A stretch of 7,843 nt of DNA from assembly GCA_018985225.1 (NCBI GenBank), contig JADGIF010000479.1, positions 1 to 7,843 on the forward strand. Reading direction: 5' to 3'. The translations under genes were made by a program, and so were the position numbers. The stretch's first letter is position 1. Each line of letters begins with the position of its first letter. Origin of the DNA: Amoeboradix gromovi X-113 (Eukaryota; Fungi; Sanchytriomycota). This document shows, piece after piece, positions 7,789-7,843 of this stretch. The notes beneath the pieces were generated by a model. It saw only the letters and a program-made list of their open reading frames with translations. It had not been told where the DNA came from and searched no databases.

Positions 7789-7843
7789 TAAAATAAGACA
7801 AGATGACCCACTAGCTCTTTCAAATATATGAGGTCTTTGAGTG
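7663..7843 (-). mobile_element. 3' (right) end of a Fanzor-carrying element, copy 2, inverted relative to copy 1
   Basis: Reverse complement aligns to 196-381. 7663-7688 is the exact 26-bp reverse complement of 356-381. Confidence 0.82.
7711..7842 (-). pseudogene. Fanzor C-terminal fragment with RuvC-III Asp->Ala and earlier stop (degenerate or nuclease-dead), truncated by the window edge
   Basis: Translates TQRPHIFERASGSSCLILKRGMALMKENWYNRRSFINDSISSL*, versus copy 1 TQRPCILERDAGSSSFILKRGIQSMKENWYNRRRSFINDSISSVW... GAT->GCT at 7815-7813 and TGG->TAG at 7713-7711. Whether the upstream ORF is intact cannot be seen. Confidence 0.65.

Noticed and set aside
1-7843. CRISPR array, tRNA or rRNA
   Set aside because: No regularly spaced direct repeats, cloverleaf or rRNA-like sequence seen.

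Overview
AT-rich, gene-dense, apparently intronless eukaryotic (fungal-like) DNA. The middle holds three host genes: a PHD-zinc knuckle-PHD (PZP-type) chromatin-reader protein (-), a 717-aa multi-pass membrane protein (-), and a stand-alone carbamoyl-phosphate synthase small chain, CPA1/arg-2 type (+). Both window edges fall inside copies of one TnpB/Fanzor-family element whose 3' ends point inward. Left copy (+, 2-361): C-terminal RuvC-II, zinc finger and RuvC-III region. Right copy (-, 7842-7711, missed by the ORF track): about 84% identical by hand alignment, with the RuvC-III Asp changed to Ala and an earlier stop. Both copies share a predicted two-hairpin 3' region and an identical 26-bp end (...TTTGGTGTCCCA), then diverge abruptly. 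This is the pattern expected for an omegaRNA scaffold followed by locus-specific guides. All assignments come from motif recognition and manual alignment; no searches or folding programs were run.
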